From positions 18,789 to 82,788 of the forward strand of contig CAKPSD010000003.1 of the NCBI GenBank assembly GCA_934183255.1: a stretch of 64,000 nt of DNA, written 5' to 3'. Positions 53,437-62,853 of this stretch are shown here, in pieces (position 1 is the first letter of the stretch; every line of letters begins with the position of its first letter). Both the position numbers and the translations under genes were made by a program. Under the pieces are notes generated by a model. It was not told the DNA's origin. It worked only from the letters and a program-made list of their open reading frames with translations, and did no database searches. Source of the DNA: an uncultured Bacilli bacterium. Its GTDB lineage: Bacteria; Bacillota_I; Bacilli_A; RFN20; DUOF01.

Positions 53437-54486
53437 TTAAGCTGACTTTCTTGAAGTTAAATGATTTTTCTCACTTTTACGAGATAATACTAAATCAAAA
53501 CTTCTCTTTGTAAGTAAAGTAACATTGTTTAAATCTGCTGTATTATTAGCTTTAATAACACCAAATGGCCATTCGCCTTGTTTTTGGCAATCAATTACTC
53601 TATAAGCTTTATTTTTTCCAGTAACAAAGTAAACAACGCCTTGTAAACTTTGTCTAGCTATTTTTTCTGCTTGCTCATAGAATGGTTCCATATCTACAAT
53701 CACATTGCTAGAAGTAGCACCATAATCTTCTCTTAAAATATCTATTAATTCACTAGCAGAAATCATTCCTACTATCTCAATTGGTTTTCCTTTATATGTA
53801 CTTACAACAGGATAAATTTTCTTAGGAATTTCTTTTTCATCTTTAAATGGGATATTGATAATTACAGGAACAGTAACACTAGAAGGATTAGTTACTGCAG
53901 CAGCACTACTAATCTTACCTCTATACATATCATTACCATCAATTTGAATAAATTTACCATCACCATTAGGTAATCTAAGCCCCATCTTAGAATAATCATC
54001 TTTAACTCCAGATAATACTGTAACATTATCTAATGCTGTTTCAAAAGAGAAACTAGCTCCTTTTCTTTTTATAGGAACGCCTTCTCCTTGTTCTGCCTTT
54101 AATAAAGCTTCTTTCAAACTATTTGTTACTGAATAATTATAACGATAGAATAATTTGAAATATTCAAATCCTTTATTACTACTATTACTTTCATATACTT
54201 TCTTTAAATCATCATAGTACTTACTAGCTTCAGGTAAATTAATTAAGTTCTCTTCTCCCATATAGTAGAAACTATCTTTAATATTTTCACTATATCCCTT
54301 AACTAAAATTGAAGAGTACTCTGTCGAAATAAAATCAGTAGAAATACTAGTTGCAATAGCAGCCAAATTAGTATTTTCACCTAAATCACTTGTTTTTATA
54401 ATTTTAAGTTCACACAATTTATCTCTAATTACACTTAAATCTTTTAAAATTTCTTTGGTATAATACCTACCTTTATAATTTAACAT
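53437..54486 (-). CDS. Hypothetical cytoplasmic protein (~349 aa), family not recognised
   Basis: The tracked ORF runs 53437-54537 from a TTG with no RBS. The ATG at comp. 54484-54486 (MLNYKGRYY...) follows GAGGAG and is preferred. It has no signal peptide or TM and has a mixed alpha/beta-looking composition. Confidence 0.7.
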   Translation of the reverse strand: MLNYKGRYYTKEILKDLSVIRDKLCELKIIKTSDLGENTNLAAIATSISTDFISTEYSSILVKGYSENIKDSFYYMGEENLINLPEASKYYDDLKKVYESNSSNKGFEYFKLFYRYNYSVTNSLKEALLKAEQGEGVPIKRKGASFSFETALDNVTVLSGVKDDYSKMGLRLPNGDGKFIQIDGNDMYRGKISSAAAVTNPSSVTVPVIINIPFKDEKEIPKKIYPVVSTYKGKPIEIVGMISASELIDILREDYGATSSNVIVDMEPFYEQAEKIARQSLQGVVYFVTGKNKAYRVIDCQKQGEWPFGVIKANNTADLNNVTLLTKRSFDLVLSRKSEKNHLTSRKSA

Positions 54487-54566
54487 TTTATCTACACTCC
54501 TCGTTTGTATATTATCATAAATTAAAGAAATACTCAATTGTTTTTTTAATTCTAAGCTTATTTTTA

Positions 54567-57500
54567 TTATGCTGCTCTAACTCTTCTTCTAAGTCTTATA
54601 ATTTGATAGCCTAAGAACAATGTAGCAAGAGCACCAGTGATAATAAGAACAGTACCAAGCGCGCCATTCTTTTCACTCTTTTTATCCTCTTTATCTATTA
54701 TTGTAGGTTCATTAACATCTGTCTTAACAATTACATATGCATAATAAGATTCATTAAAATTCAAGAAATAATCCATACTCTTATATCCATCAATAAATTT
54801 CTCACCATTGCTTATAAGCGTAATCTTATTAGCTCCAGCAACATCTTTTCCACTCATGCTATACATAACAAATACATTTTCCGTATTAGGAACAAGACCT
54901 AAAACATACACGATATCTTTAGAAGTTATATTTAGGACGCTTAAATCAGTATTCACATTAATATAACCATTAGCGTCATATTCTGTATTAACCTTAACTA
55001 ATAATCTCTTATCAAATGAAACTGAAGTAGTAATGGAATCCTTATCTTTTATATCATTTACTACATTTACATATTTATTAGTATTTATAACAAAATCAAC
55101 AATTGTAGTATTACCATAACTATCTAATGCTTCAATCCTATATGTACCATTCTTACTAAGTTTGCAAGGTAAATCTTCTTTAGTTAAATCTAATAATTCA
55201 TTATTTAGCCATATCTTAACACTAGCTAAGCTATTATCGGTAACATTTACTTCAACTTCTGTTTCTACTATTTCATTATTATCTACTCCACTTATAATAG
55301 GATTAGAAGTATCTACAATTATTGTCTTACAACTAATATTGTCACTAATGTTTTGATAAGAATCAACCGCTCTAATACAAACTCTTACTTCAGAATTTAA
55401 ATTATTACCAAATTCTAATTTAGAATTTTCTGTATAACGTATCCAATCTCCATTTTGGACACTATATTCATGCCACCAGTTACTAGAGTTATCATCTCCA
55501 CCAACAATAGCTATAGCTATACTAGTAGAATTAGTTGATTCAGGTAATACAAGTTCACCAGCAACAGGCTTAGTAGTATCAACAAATCTAACATAAATAC
55601 TTATACGAGTTTCATTAAGTGATAAATCTTTAGCAATTAAAACAACTTCATAATCATAAATATTATTATCCTTTATTTCATAAGTTATATTAACATCAGA
55701 ATAATAATTATCTACAGCATAAACATTATATTTATCAATAATATCCCTTACAACATCAAAATTATAATCAAGATCTAACTCTATAACTGTATTTTCATTT
55801 ATTCCTTTTATTTCTGGTTTAGTATTATCAATAACCTTTACTTCATATTCAAATGTAGACATATGATTAGTAGAATCAGTAGCTGTAAATCTAATATAAT
55901 AATTTCCCACTTTTGTAAACTTAAATTTCAATCCATTAGCATCTTCACTAACCAAATGTGTTTCATTACTTTTTGCCTTAGTACCTATATTATTAGAAAC
56001 ATAAACTCCAGCAAATAACACATCAATAAACTTATCTTCTCCCTCATCATAACTAGAAGGTTTCTTTAATGTTTGAGTAGGAATAGTAACTTGTCCTAAA
56101 GCATTTCTATTACCAACAATAACTTCAAATGAATTAGTATCTCCATATGCACTTGTAATAACAGGAGCCTTATTATCACTAACAGTAATAGTTTGTTCAA
56201 TAGCAGCTTCATTATTTGAAGCATCATAAACAGTATAAGTAAATTTATATACTCCTGGTTTACTAAACTTATAAATATTATCGCTAACTTTAACAATATT
56301 TAAGCAATATTTTCCACTACAAACAGCTTTATCTAAAGAATAAATTTTATTTTTAACTAATGTTCCAGAAATATTTTCCATTGCGTAATTGTCAATAGCT
56401 TCAACTCCTAGTATTTCTACCTTTTCATTTAATTCAACATTATTTACATTAGTAATGATTCTTAATTCAGGAGCTAAAGTATCTACTACATTAACCTTAA
56501 ATATCTTCTCTTCTGCTTTATTAAGAGATATACTAGTATAATTAATCTTAATAGTATAATTTCCTATACTATCAAATAAATTACTAGAATAAAGATTCTC
56601 ACCACTATATACATCTACTTTAAGCTTAGAATCATTAACTAAATCATTATAATTCATACCATTAATATTTAAATTCAAAGCTCTTAATAAGTCACCTAAA
56701 TCAATATTATCTTTCCCAATTTCAACATTCAAAGCTTCATTCTTTATAGTATAACTACTATTACCTAATGTAATAATATTACCCTCGATATCATCTATAT
56801 AAATATTAGGTATCTTACTATCATAATTAATAATAGTTTCTGCTACTCTATTAGCTTTATCTGTGACTTTAATAGTAATCTTATCATATTCCTCTGCACT
56901 ACTATTAATAAGATCTAGAATGCTAACACCATATTCACATATACTTCTATTAACTAAGCATTTACCAATATTACTCATATAACTATAATTCAAATATGTT
57001 TTATTTGAACCATTAGAAACAATAATATCAATAACACTAAAGTTTTCTTCACTAACGCTTATATATAGTCCCTCTAATGATCCATATATATTTGCTACAA
57101 CAGCTTGGTAATAATAAGTATCATTTATTTTCTTATACACATTAATAACAGGGCTTACCATATCAGTAATAATCTTCACTTCTTTTTCATTATTAGAAAT
57201 ATCATAAACTTTTAAAATATAATTCCCTGTTTCTAAACGATAAAATAAAGTATTACCATTTATTTCTATATTATCTCTATTACAATTATAATCACTTGCA
57301 CTATCATTAAAATAACATGTAGATAATAAAGTATTATTTTCAAAATCATATAATTCAAAATAATTAATTTGCTTATTATCAGTCATTTTAACTTTTATTG
57401 AACTGCTAACATAGACTAAATCACCACTAATAAGTGTATAGTTAGAATTATAATTTCCAGAACTATTCTTTAATGAATAATAAACGCTAGGAGCTTCATC

Positions 57501-60500
57501 ATCAAAACGTGTAACTACTTCAACTAAATCAATAAGATTATTATCAACATAAACAAAGAAAGTAATCTTTTTATCTTCATTTATAGATATTGTATAAACA
57601 TTATTAGAAACACTATAAGATTCACTCTTACATATTGAAGATACACTAACACCACAAGATTCAATTGTATCTATATCATATGTTTGTGTAGATGTAATGT
57701 TATCATCTACTACATATATAAATCTAGTAACGCTCTTACTTCCTAAATTATTTATAACTACTTTTATATTCTTATTTTTAGCATTGAAGTATGCTTTAGC
57801 ACTTACACTACTAGTAATAGAACTATAATCATAATTTCTAATACTCTCATTTTTTGCCTCATCAACTAATTTTAAAACAAACATAGCAGATGTATCATTT
57901 CTATTAAATGTATATACATACTCACCATTATTACTAGTAAACTCTACTTTCTCATAACTACCATTTATATTAATATATAATTCTTCTACTAATTCACTAT
58001 ACATAATAAGCGAATAAGTATTATCACTATTTTTAATGGTATCAATAATAATTTCATCAAAACTAGGACTAATTGTATCCATATTAATATTCTTATCAAT
58101 CTTCTTAAGAATATAATTACCTATTTCATTTCTAACATATATCCATAAATAATATGAATCATCTACATTATTTTTACTAATAATTTGATTATTAATTGAA
58201 AGCTTATTAAATCCATAATAATTTAAAAAATTAGATATTGTTCCACTATAGTTTTCTTTTTCTTGTTCTAAATTAATATTTTTAGATACAAGTGCATATT
58301 GTATATATCCTTTTTCAATTAAATAATTAACATTGCTATTTTCAATATTTAATATTATTTTATTATATTTTTTACTTTCATCTATTAAGTTATTATTAGA
58401 ATCATATATATTAACTCTAATTTCTCCAACACTAGCAGAGTATCTAACATTAAATGCATATGTTTCACTAGCATTACCTGCTTCATCATATAAATAATAA
58501 GAAATAACTCCTGTAAAATTAATTGGTGAACTAATACTTAATTCTCTATTAACATAATATCCATCTTTAAGATAACTAGAAATATTATATGAATTACAAG
58601 AAGATTTAAAACAAACATACGCTTTTAAATTACTATTATTTCCATTAGCTATATCAAATAAACTATTTTGAACAAATTTCAATTTAATTTGAGTCTCATT
58701 TGAATAATTATAAATTTTCTTACCATCTTCAATTGTAATATATAAGTTATTAGAATTATTAGTGTATAAAGTTACAGATTCATTATTAATAATAGGATTA
58801 ATACTATCGTAATATATTTTAATAATTTCTAATTTATCATTACCATATACATCAATAGCGTATACATATAAACTATTTTCTCCTTCAATTAAAGATAAAT
58901 CGCTTAAAGAATAACTATTTGAACTACTAACATCTAAATTAACAAAGCCTGAAGACAATTCTTTATTAACATAAGAACAATTATTTAAGCAATATGCTAC
59001 TCTTTCTATATCTTCATAAGAATTACTATGAGTAACACTAAAACTTATATTTCTATTATTAGTAAATTTATTTTGATCAAAACTAGAAGTGACAGCTAAT
59101 GTTGGAATTCTAATATATAATTTATTACTTGAATAAGTAGCGCTATTGCCAGCACTATCTTTAGCGTATACTTTAAACTTATAAGCTACACCATTTTCAA
59201 ACTTACTTGAATCTATTTGTACTTTATCAATAACGCATAAATTAGAACCAAGATTACAGCTTTCATATTTAACACGTTGAACACTAACATTAGTATCATA
59301 CACTACAAATTCATAATATATTTCATCAATATTTATAAAACTTAACACATCGCTTATTTCTACTTGATATGTAAAGTTAGTAATATACTCTGAACTATTG
59401 CCATTAGTAATGTTTCCTTCACCATCTCTCATAGCAATAGCAGGCGCTTCTTTGTCTACAAAGATATCTTCAACATATGCATATGAAACATTATTAGCTG
59501 AATCAATAGCTCTAATATATAAATTATATTTACCAGTACTATTTGGACTAGTAATAATTAATTGCTTACTAGATAATATAGAATTATCAGTTATGTTTCT
59601 ACTAATTGTAGTATCACTACTATAAAAATAATTGTTAAAGTTTTCTTCACTGTAGAAAACACTTATATTGTTTGATCTATCAACACTATATTTTTTAGTA
59701 GTAAAGAAATATGAATATCTAGCATGCTTACTACCTGTAGTTTCCTTTTCATCAAACATAACTTTAAATCTATGTTCATTCTTGTAAACATCATTTTCTA
59801 AATTACTTTCCCCATTTTCCTTATATACATTTATAGAAATTTCTTCTCTATCTATACTTTCAATAACATATGTTAACTTTTTAAAATTACCAATTATATC
59901 TTCTATATAGAATGTATATTCACCATTTTCTGAAATAGCATATGCACTAATAGGACTACCAAAATCGCTACCATCATAATAAGTAACATTATTTTTTCCT
60001 CTTTCACAATTTACATTTGAAACATTTTTTCCAACAGCTACACACTTAATTGTACTAATATCATTGAATTCTATTAATGTGCTAATAACATCATTAGTAT
60101 ATGCATTAGAAGCATCAACTTGCACTCCATCAACCATAAAAGCAACGTTAAACTCATCTATATCATTATCAAACTTCAAATAATCTCCACAAATAACTTT
60201 ATCATTTTGTTTAACACATAACATATAACTGCCATTTAGATTAACATTTCCCTCAATTAATATCGAAGATGAATTCTTTTTAATAACATTTGTAAAGTTA
60301 TTAACACTATTTCCTTCTTTTATCCATTTATAATAAAAGTCTGTTCCATCTTCAAACATAAATGCATTAACTTCAACAGAATGATTCTTTCTAACTTCTT
60401 TTCCACTCTTATAATCAAAAGCCATATTAACTTCTAAACTTTTATTAACACAAGTTATGTTAAGTGCATAATCTCTTATACACAAATAAATATTATATGT

Positions 60501-62687
60501 GCCATTTTCTAAATCACTAGGTAATGAATAAGCAAATTTTGTATTTTCTTCTATGCTTTTCCACTCACTACATTCACTACTTGTATTAGATAAGCAATAT
60601 GATTCTAAATCCTTATCATTACTAGATAACTCTACATCAATTTTATTACCACTAACTAAATAGTTTTTATCATTAGAAGAAATACCTTTATACAATGGAT
60701 AATTAAAGTTCATATTAATATTAGGATTACTATCATCTAACGTATAACTTTGTACATAATCTTGAGCAAATTCATTCTCAAATACATCTTTGGCAAACCC
60801 TTTTTCTATAACTAAAGAGAAAGAATTAAGTCCCGCTAATACATCACTTGTAATATTAACTATTAATTTATTATTCTCTAAAGAAATATTTTCCTTACTA
60901 ACACTTATAATTTGAGTTCCACTCTTAATATATACTTTTGATAAATCATAAGTTAATTCGCTTATATCTTCTATTAATAATTCAAAAGTAATTTTTGTAG
61001 AATCACCACTATAAATTATATTATCAATTTCTTTACCATTTTCTATAACTATATTTTCACTAGAAAATATAGGATTTTTATTATCAGAATATAATTCAAG
61101 ATCTATATTGTAATTAACAATTTTATCTAATCCATTTTCTCCAGTTATAACAAAACCATCAAAATTAATATTAAGTTTTCCATTATATGATTCTAAAACA
61201 GTAATATCTATAACTAAATTAGAAGCCATAAATGAAATTACTGGAGAAGCACTAACATTACCAAATGTAACCTTTATTTTATTAATATCAGCACTAGAAA
61301 CACTAATACCATCTTTAACAGGAATAACAATGTTAATATTATCTCCTTTTTTAACATATTTACTAGATGTCAAAATACCATCTCTAGTAACCTTATATGT
61401 TATTGATTCAAAGTTTAAATCAGGATCTTTAGAATTTATATGAACGCCTTTATCTTCTAGAACATCTCCATTATTATCAACTACTGTAAATTCATATGTT
61501 GCATTTTTTATCGCATCTAAAATATTACCATTTAAATCATAAATATATGAATAGTCATAATTAACTTTAGCACTACTTACATAACCATTCTTTTCTATAG
61601 ATCTAACACGACAAGAATAAATTATTGCATTACTAGAACTACTACTATATGTACAAGTAGCATAATCATCAATTGTAATTACAGGCAAATCATTTTTTAT
61701 AGCATTTATATCCTCACTAAAAACCATCTTTATTAGTAAAGGATTAGTGATTGAATAAATTCCTTTTACTACCTCTAATCTTGATATTACTGGTTTTAAT
61801 CCATCAACTTTAAAATTCTTATTTATAGCAATATTACTTACATCAATATTTCCCCTAATTTTATTATTATATCTATCTTTTATTTGATTATTATTAGAAA
61901 TACTAGTAACAGAAAAATTTCCCTCATCTCCAGAAGCTATAGTATAAGAACATTCAATATAAGATCTAATAGAATAAAGATTGTTATTACAAGTAACTGA
62001 TCTAGAAGACTCTCCTATTTTAAATTTAAGAACACTAACTTTATTAAATATTTCTTCATTAAAATTAATTGTAAATTTAATAGTATCTCCAATTCTTAAA
62101 GTTCTAGAAGAACTATCATTTACTATAGCTAAATCAACACTAGTAACGCTAGGAGCTACCACATCCAAACTTAAATCTCCATTTTTATTAGTTTTACCGC
62201 CACCAAGTGGAATAAAACCAATTGCTTTTTTCACATTATCTGCTTCTATATATAAAACAACAACACCAGTTTTTGTTCCATCATAAGTACTATTTGGTTT
62301 AAAAACATTAGTTATACTTGATTTTGGTATAGTATATTCTCTAAGTATTTGTGCACAAGTACCACCATTATATTTATCACAAATTTGTTTTTTAGTAAGT
62401 CCATTAGAATAAGAAGTAGTACCACTATTAATATCTATACTATTATCTATACTACTAGATGTAAATCCATATTTTATATAATTAAAATTATTTTCATCAT
62501 ATCCTATATATACTTTTAAATCGCCATCATCTAATTTGTAATCATTAGGTATAATAATAACTGGGCCATCATCTTTTGCTTCTACTTTAATTGAATTGCA
62601 TACAAACCCTGTACAAATTAGCATAAATAAAAACAACACATACTTAAATATGTCGTTAAAATTCATCTTATTTTTTTGTTGAACCAT
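54567..62687 (-). CDS. Large (2,706 aa) secreted, C-terminally membrane-anchored multi-Ig-like repeat protein, paralogous in architecture to the giant ORF
   Basis: RBS AAGGAG. Signal peptide MVQQKNKMNFNDIFKYVLFLFMLICTGFVCNSIKVEA. Module starts of the xDxxxP type: LDVVAPS, VDGLKPV, VDKEAPA, VDTLAPE, IDNTKPE, VDTTKPV, VDTSNPI. DxxGN-type motifs: AKDSAGNSAT, LYDEAGNASE, ALDSYGNTTI. The C-terminus is the TM helix GALGTVLIITGALATLFLGYQII plus RLRRRVRAA. Confidence 0.93.
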   Translation of the reverse strand: MVQQKNKMNFNDIFKYVLFLFMLICTGFVCNSIKVEAKDDGPVIIIPNDYKLDDGDLKVYIGYDENNFNYIKYGFTSSSIDNSIDINSGTTSYSNGLTKKQICDKYNGGTCAQILREYTIPKSSITNVFKPNSTYDGTKTGVVVLYIEADNVKKAIGFIPLGGGKTNKNGDLSLDVVAPSVTSVDLAIVNDSSSRTLRIGDTIKFTINFNEEIFNKVSVLKFKIGESSRSVTCNNNLYSIRSYIECSYTIASGDEGNFSVTSISNNNQIKDRYNNKIRGNIDVSNIAINKNFKVDGLKPVISRLEVVKGIYSITNPLLIKMVFSEDINAIKNDLPVITIDDYATCTYSSSSSNAIIYSCRVRSIEKNGYVSSAKVNYDYSYIYDLNGNILDAIKNATYEFTVVDNNGDVLEDKGVHINSKDPDLNFESITYKVTRDGILTSSKYVKKGDNINIVIPVKDGISVSSADINKIKVTFGNVSASPVISFMASNLVIDITVLESYNGKLNINFDGFVITGENGLDKIVNYNIDLELYSDNKNPIFSSENIVIENGKEIDNIIYSGDSTKITFELLIEDISELTYDLSKVYIKSGTQIISVSKENISLENNKLIVNITSDVLAGLNSFSLVIEKGFAKDVFENEFAQDYVQSYTLDDSNPNINMNFNYPLYKGISSNDKNYLVSGNKIDVELSSNDKDLESYCLSNTSSECSEWKSIEENTKFAYSLPSDLENGTYNIYLCIRDYALNITCVNKSLEVNMAFDYKSGKEVRKNHSVEVNAFMFEDGTDFYYKWIKEGNSVNNFTNVIKKNSSSILIEGNVNLNGSYMLCVKQNDKVICGDYLKFDNDIDEFNVAFMVDGVQVDASNAYTNDVISTLIEFNDISTIKCVAVGKNVSNVNCERGKNNVTYYDGSDFGSPISAYAISENGEYTFYIEDIIGNFKKLTYVIESIDREEISINVYKENGESNLENDVYKNEHRFKVMFDEKETTGSKHARYSYFFTTKKYSVDRSNNISVFYSEENFNNYFYSSDTTISRNITDNSILSSKQLIITSPNSTGKYNLYIRAIDSANNVSYAYVEDIFVDKEAPAIAMRDGEGNITNGNSSEYITNFTYQVEISDVLSFINIDEIYYEFVVYDTNVSVQRVKYESCNLGSNLCVIDKVQIDSSKFENGVAYKFKVYAKDSAGNSATYSSNKLYIRIPTLAVTSSFDQNKFTNNRNISFSVTHSNSYEDIERVAYCLNNCSYVNKELSSGFVNLDVSSSNSYSLSDLSLIEGENSLYVYAIDVYGNDKLEIIKIYYDSINPIINNESVTLYTNNSNNLYITIEDGKKIYNYSNETQIKLKFVQNSLFDIANGNNSNLKAYVCFKSSCNSYNISSYLKDGYYVNRELSISSPINFTGVISYYLYDEAGNASETYAFNVRYSASVGEIRVNIYDSNNNLIDESKKYNKIILNIENSNVNYLIEKGYIQYALVSKNINLEQEKENYSGTISNFLNYYGFNKLSINNQIISKNNVDDSYYLWIYVRNEIGNYILKKIDKNINMDTISPSFDEIIIDTIKNSDNTYSLIMYSELVEELYININGSYEKVEFTSNNGEYVYTFNRNDTSAMFVLKLVDEAKNESIRNYDYSSITSSVSAKAYFNAKNKNIKVVINNLGSKSVTRFIYVVDDNITSTQTYDIDTIESCGVSVSSICKSESYSVSNNVYTISINEDKKITFFVYVDNNLIDLVEVVTRFDDEAPSVYYSLKNSSGNYNSNYTLISGDLVYVSSSIKVKMTDNKQINYFELYDFENNTLLSTCYFNDSASDYNCNRDNIEINGNTLFYRLETGNYILKVYDISNNEKEVKIITDMVSPVINVYKKINDTYYYQAVVANIYGSLEGLYISVSEENFSVIDIIVSNGSNKTYLNYSYMSNIGKCLVNRSICEYGVSILDLINSSAEEYDKITIKVTDKANRVAETIINYDSKIPNIYIDDIEGNIITLGNSSYTIKNEALNVEIGKDNIDLGDLLRALNLNINGMNYNDLVNDSKLKVDVYSGENLYSSNLFDSIGNYTIKINYTSISLNKAEEKIFKVNVVDTLAPELRIITNVNNVELNEKVEILGVEAIDNYAMENISGTLVKNKIYSLDKAVCSGKYCLNIVKVSDNIYKFSKPGVYKFTYTVYDASNNEAAIEQTITVSDNKAPVITSAYGDTNSFEVIVGNRNALGQVTIPTQTLKKPSSYDEGEDKFIDVLFAGVYVSNNIGTKAKSNETHLVSEDANGLKFKFTKVGNYYIRFTATDSTNHMSTFEYEVKVIDNTKPEIKGINENTVIELDLDYNFDVVRDIIDKYNVYAVDNYYSDVNITYEIKDNNIYDYEVVLIAKDLSLNETRISIYVRFVDTTKPVAGELVLPESTNSTSIAIAIVGGDDNSSNWWHEYSVQNGDWIRYTENSKLEFGNNLNSEVRVCIRAVDSYQNISDNISCKTIIVDTSNPIISGVDNNEIVETEVEVNVTDNSLASVKIWLNNELLDLTKEDLPCKLSKNGTYRIEALDSYGNTTIVDFVINTNKYVNVVNDIKDKDSITTSVSFDKRLLVKVNTEYDANGYINVNTDLSVLNITSKDIVYVLGLVPNTENVFVMYSMSGKDVAGANKITLISNGEKFIDGYKSMDYFLNFNESYYAYVIVKTDVNEPTIIDKEDKKSEKNGALGTVLIITGALATLFLGYQIIRLRRRVRAA
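54570..54662 (-). other. C-terminal TM anchor plus basic tail of the 2,706-aa protein
   Basis: ALGTVLIITGALATLFLGYQII followed by RLRRRVRAA-stop. The tail matches the giant protein's LRKKVRAA. Confidence 0.8.
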
Positions 62688-62726
62688 TAACCATCAACTC
62701 CTTAGATATTATAAATATCTACTTAA

Positions 62727-62755
62727 ATAATATAATATTTACATGACAATTTCAA
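62727..62755 (-). promoter_or_regulatory. Candidate sigma-A promoter of the 2,706-aa gene operon
   Basis: The minus strand reads TTGAAA (62750-62755) - 17 nt - TATTAT (62727-62732), about 40 nt upstream of the ATG. Confidence 0.4.
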
Positions 62756-62787
62756 CTTTTTTATAAGTTACCAACATTACCAAACAA

Positions 62788-62812
62788 TTAAAAAGCCATT
62801 ATAAATGGCTAT
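62788..62812 (-). terminator. Rho-independent terminator after tsaD
   Basis: On the minus strand, AGCCATT-tat-AATGGCT (62794-62810) is followed by UUUUU (plus-strand A-run 62790-62794). Confidence 0.65.
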
Positions 62813-62853
62813 TAATAAAATTAATATTAAAATAAAAAGTTTTTTGTCTAATT

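Noticed and set aside
24410-62687. RTX/T1SS adhesin, sortase-anchored LPXTG protein, or autotransporter as an explanation for the large proteins.
   Set aside because: I saw no GGxGxD nonapeptide runs. Both proteins have N-terminal Sec-type signal peptides, whereas T1SS substrates do not. I saw no LPXTG-like motif before the C-terminal helix, and no beta-barrel-like C-terminus. No T1SS or sortase genes are nearby.
24410-62687. Genomic island or prophage origin of the 38-kb block.
   Set aside because: I could find no integrase, transposase, phage genes, tRNA attachment site or flanking direct repeats. The composition looks uniform with the flanks. topB next door is not evidence of mobility on its own.
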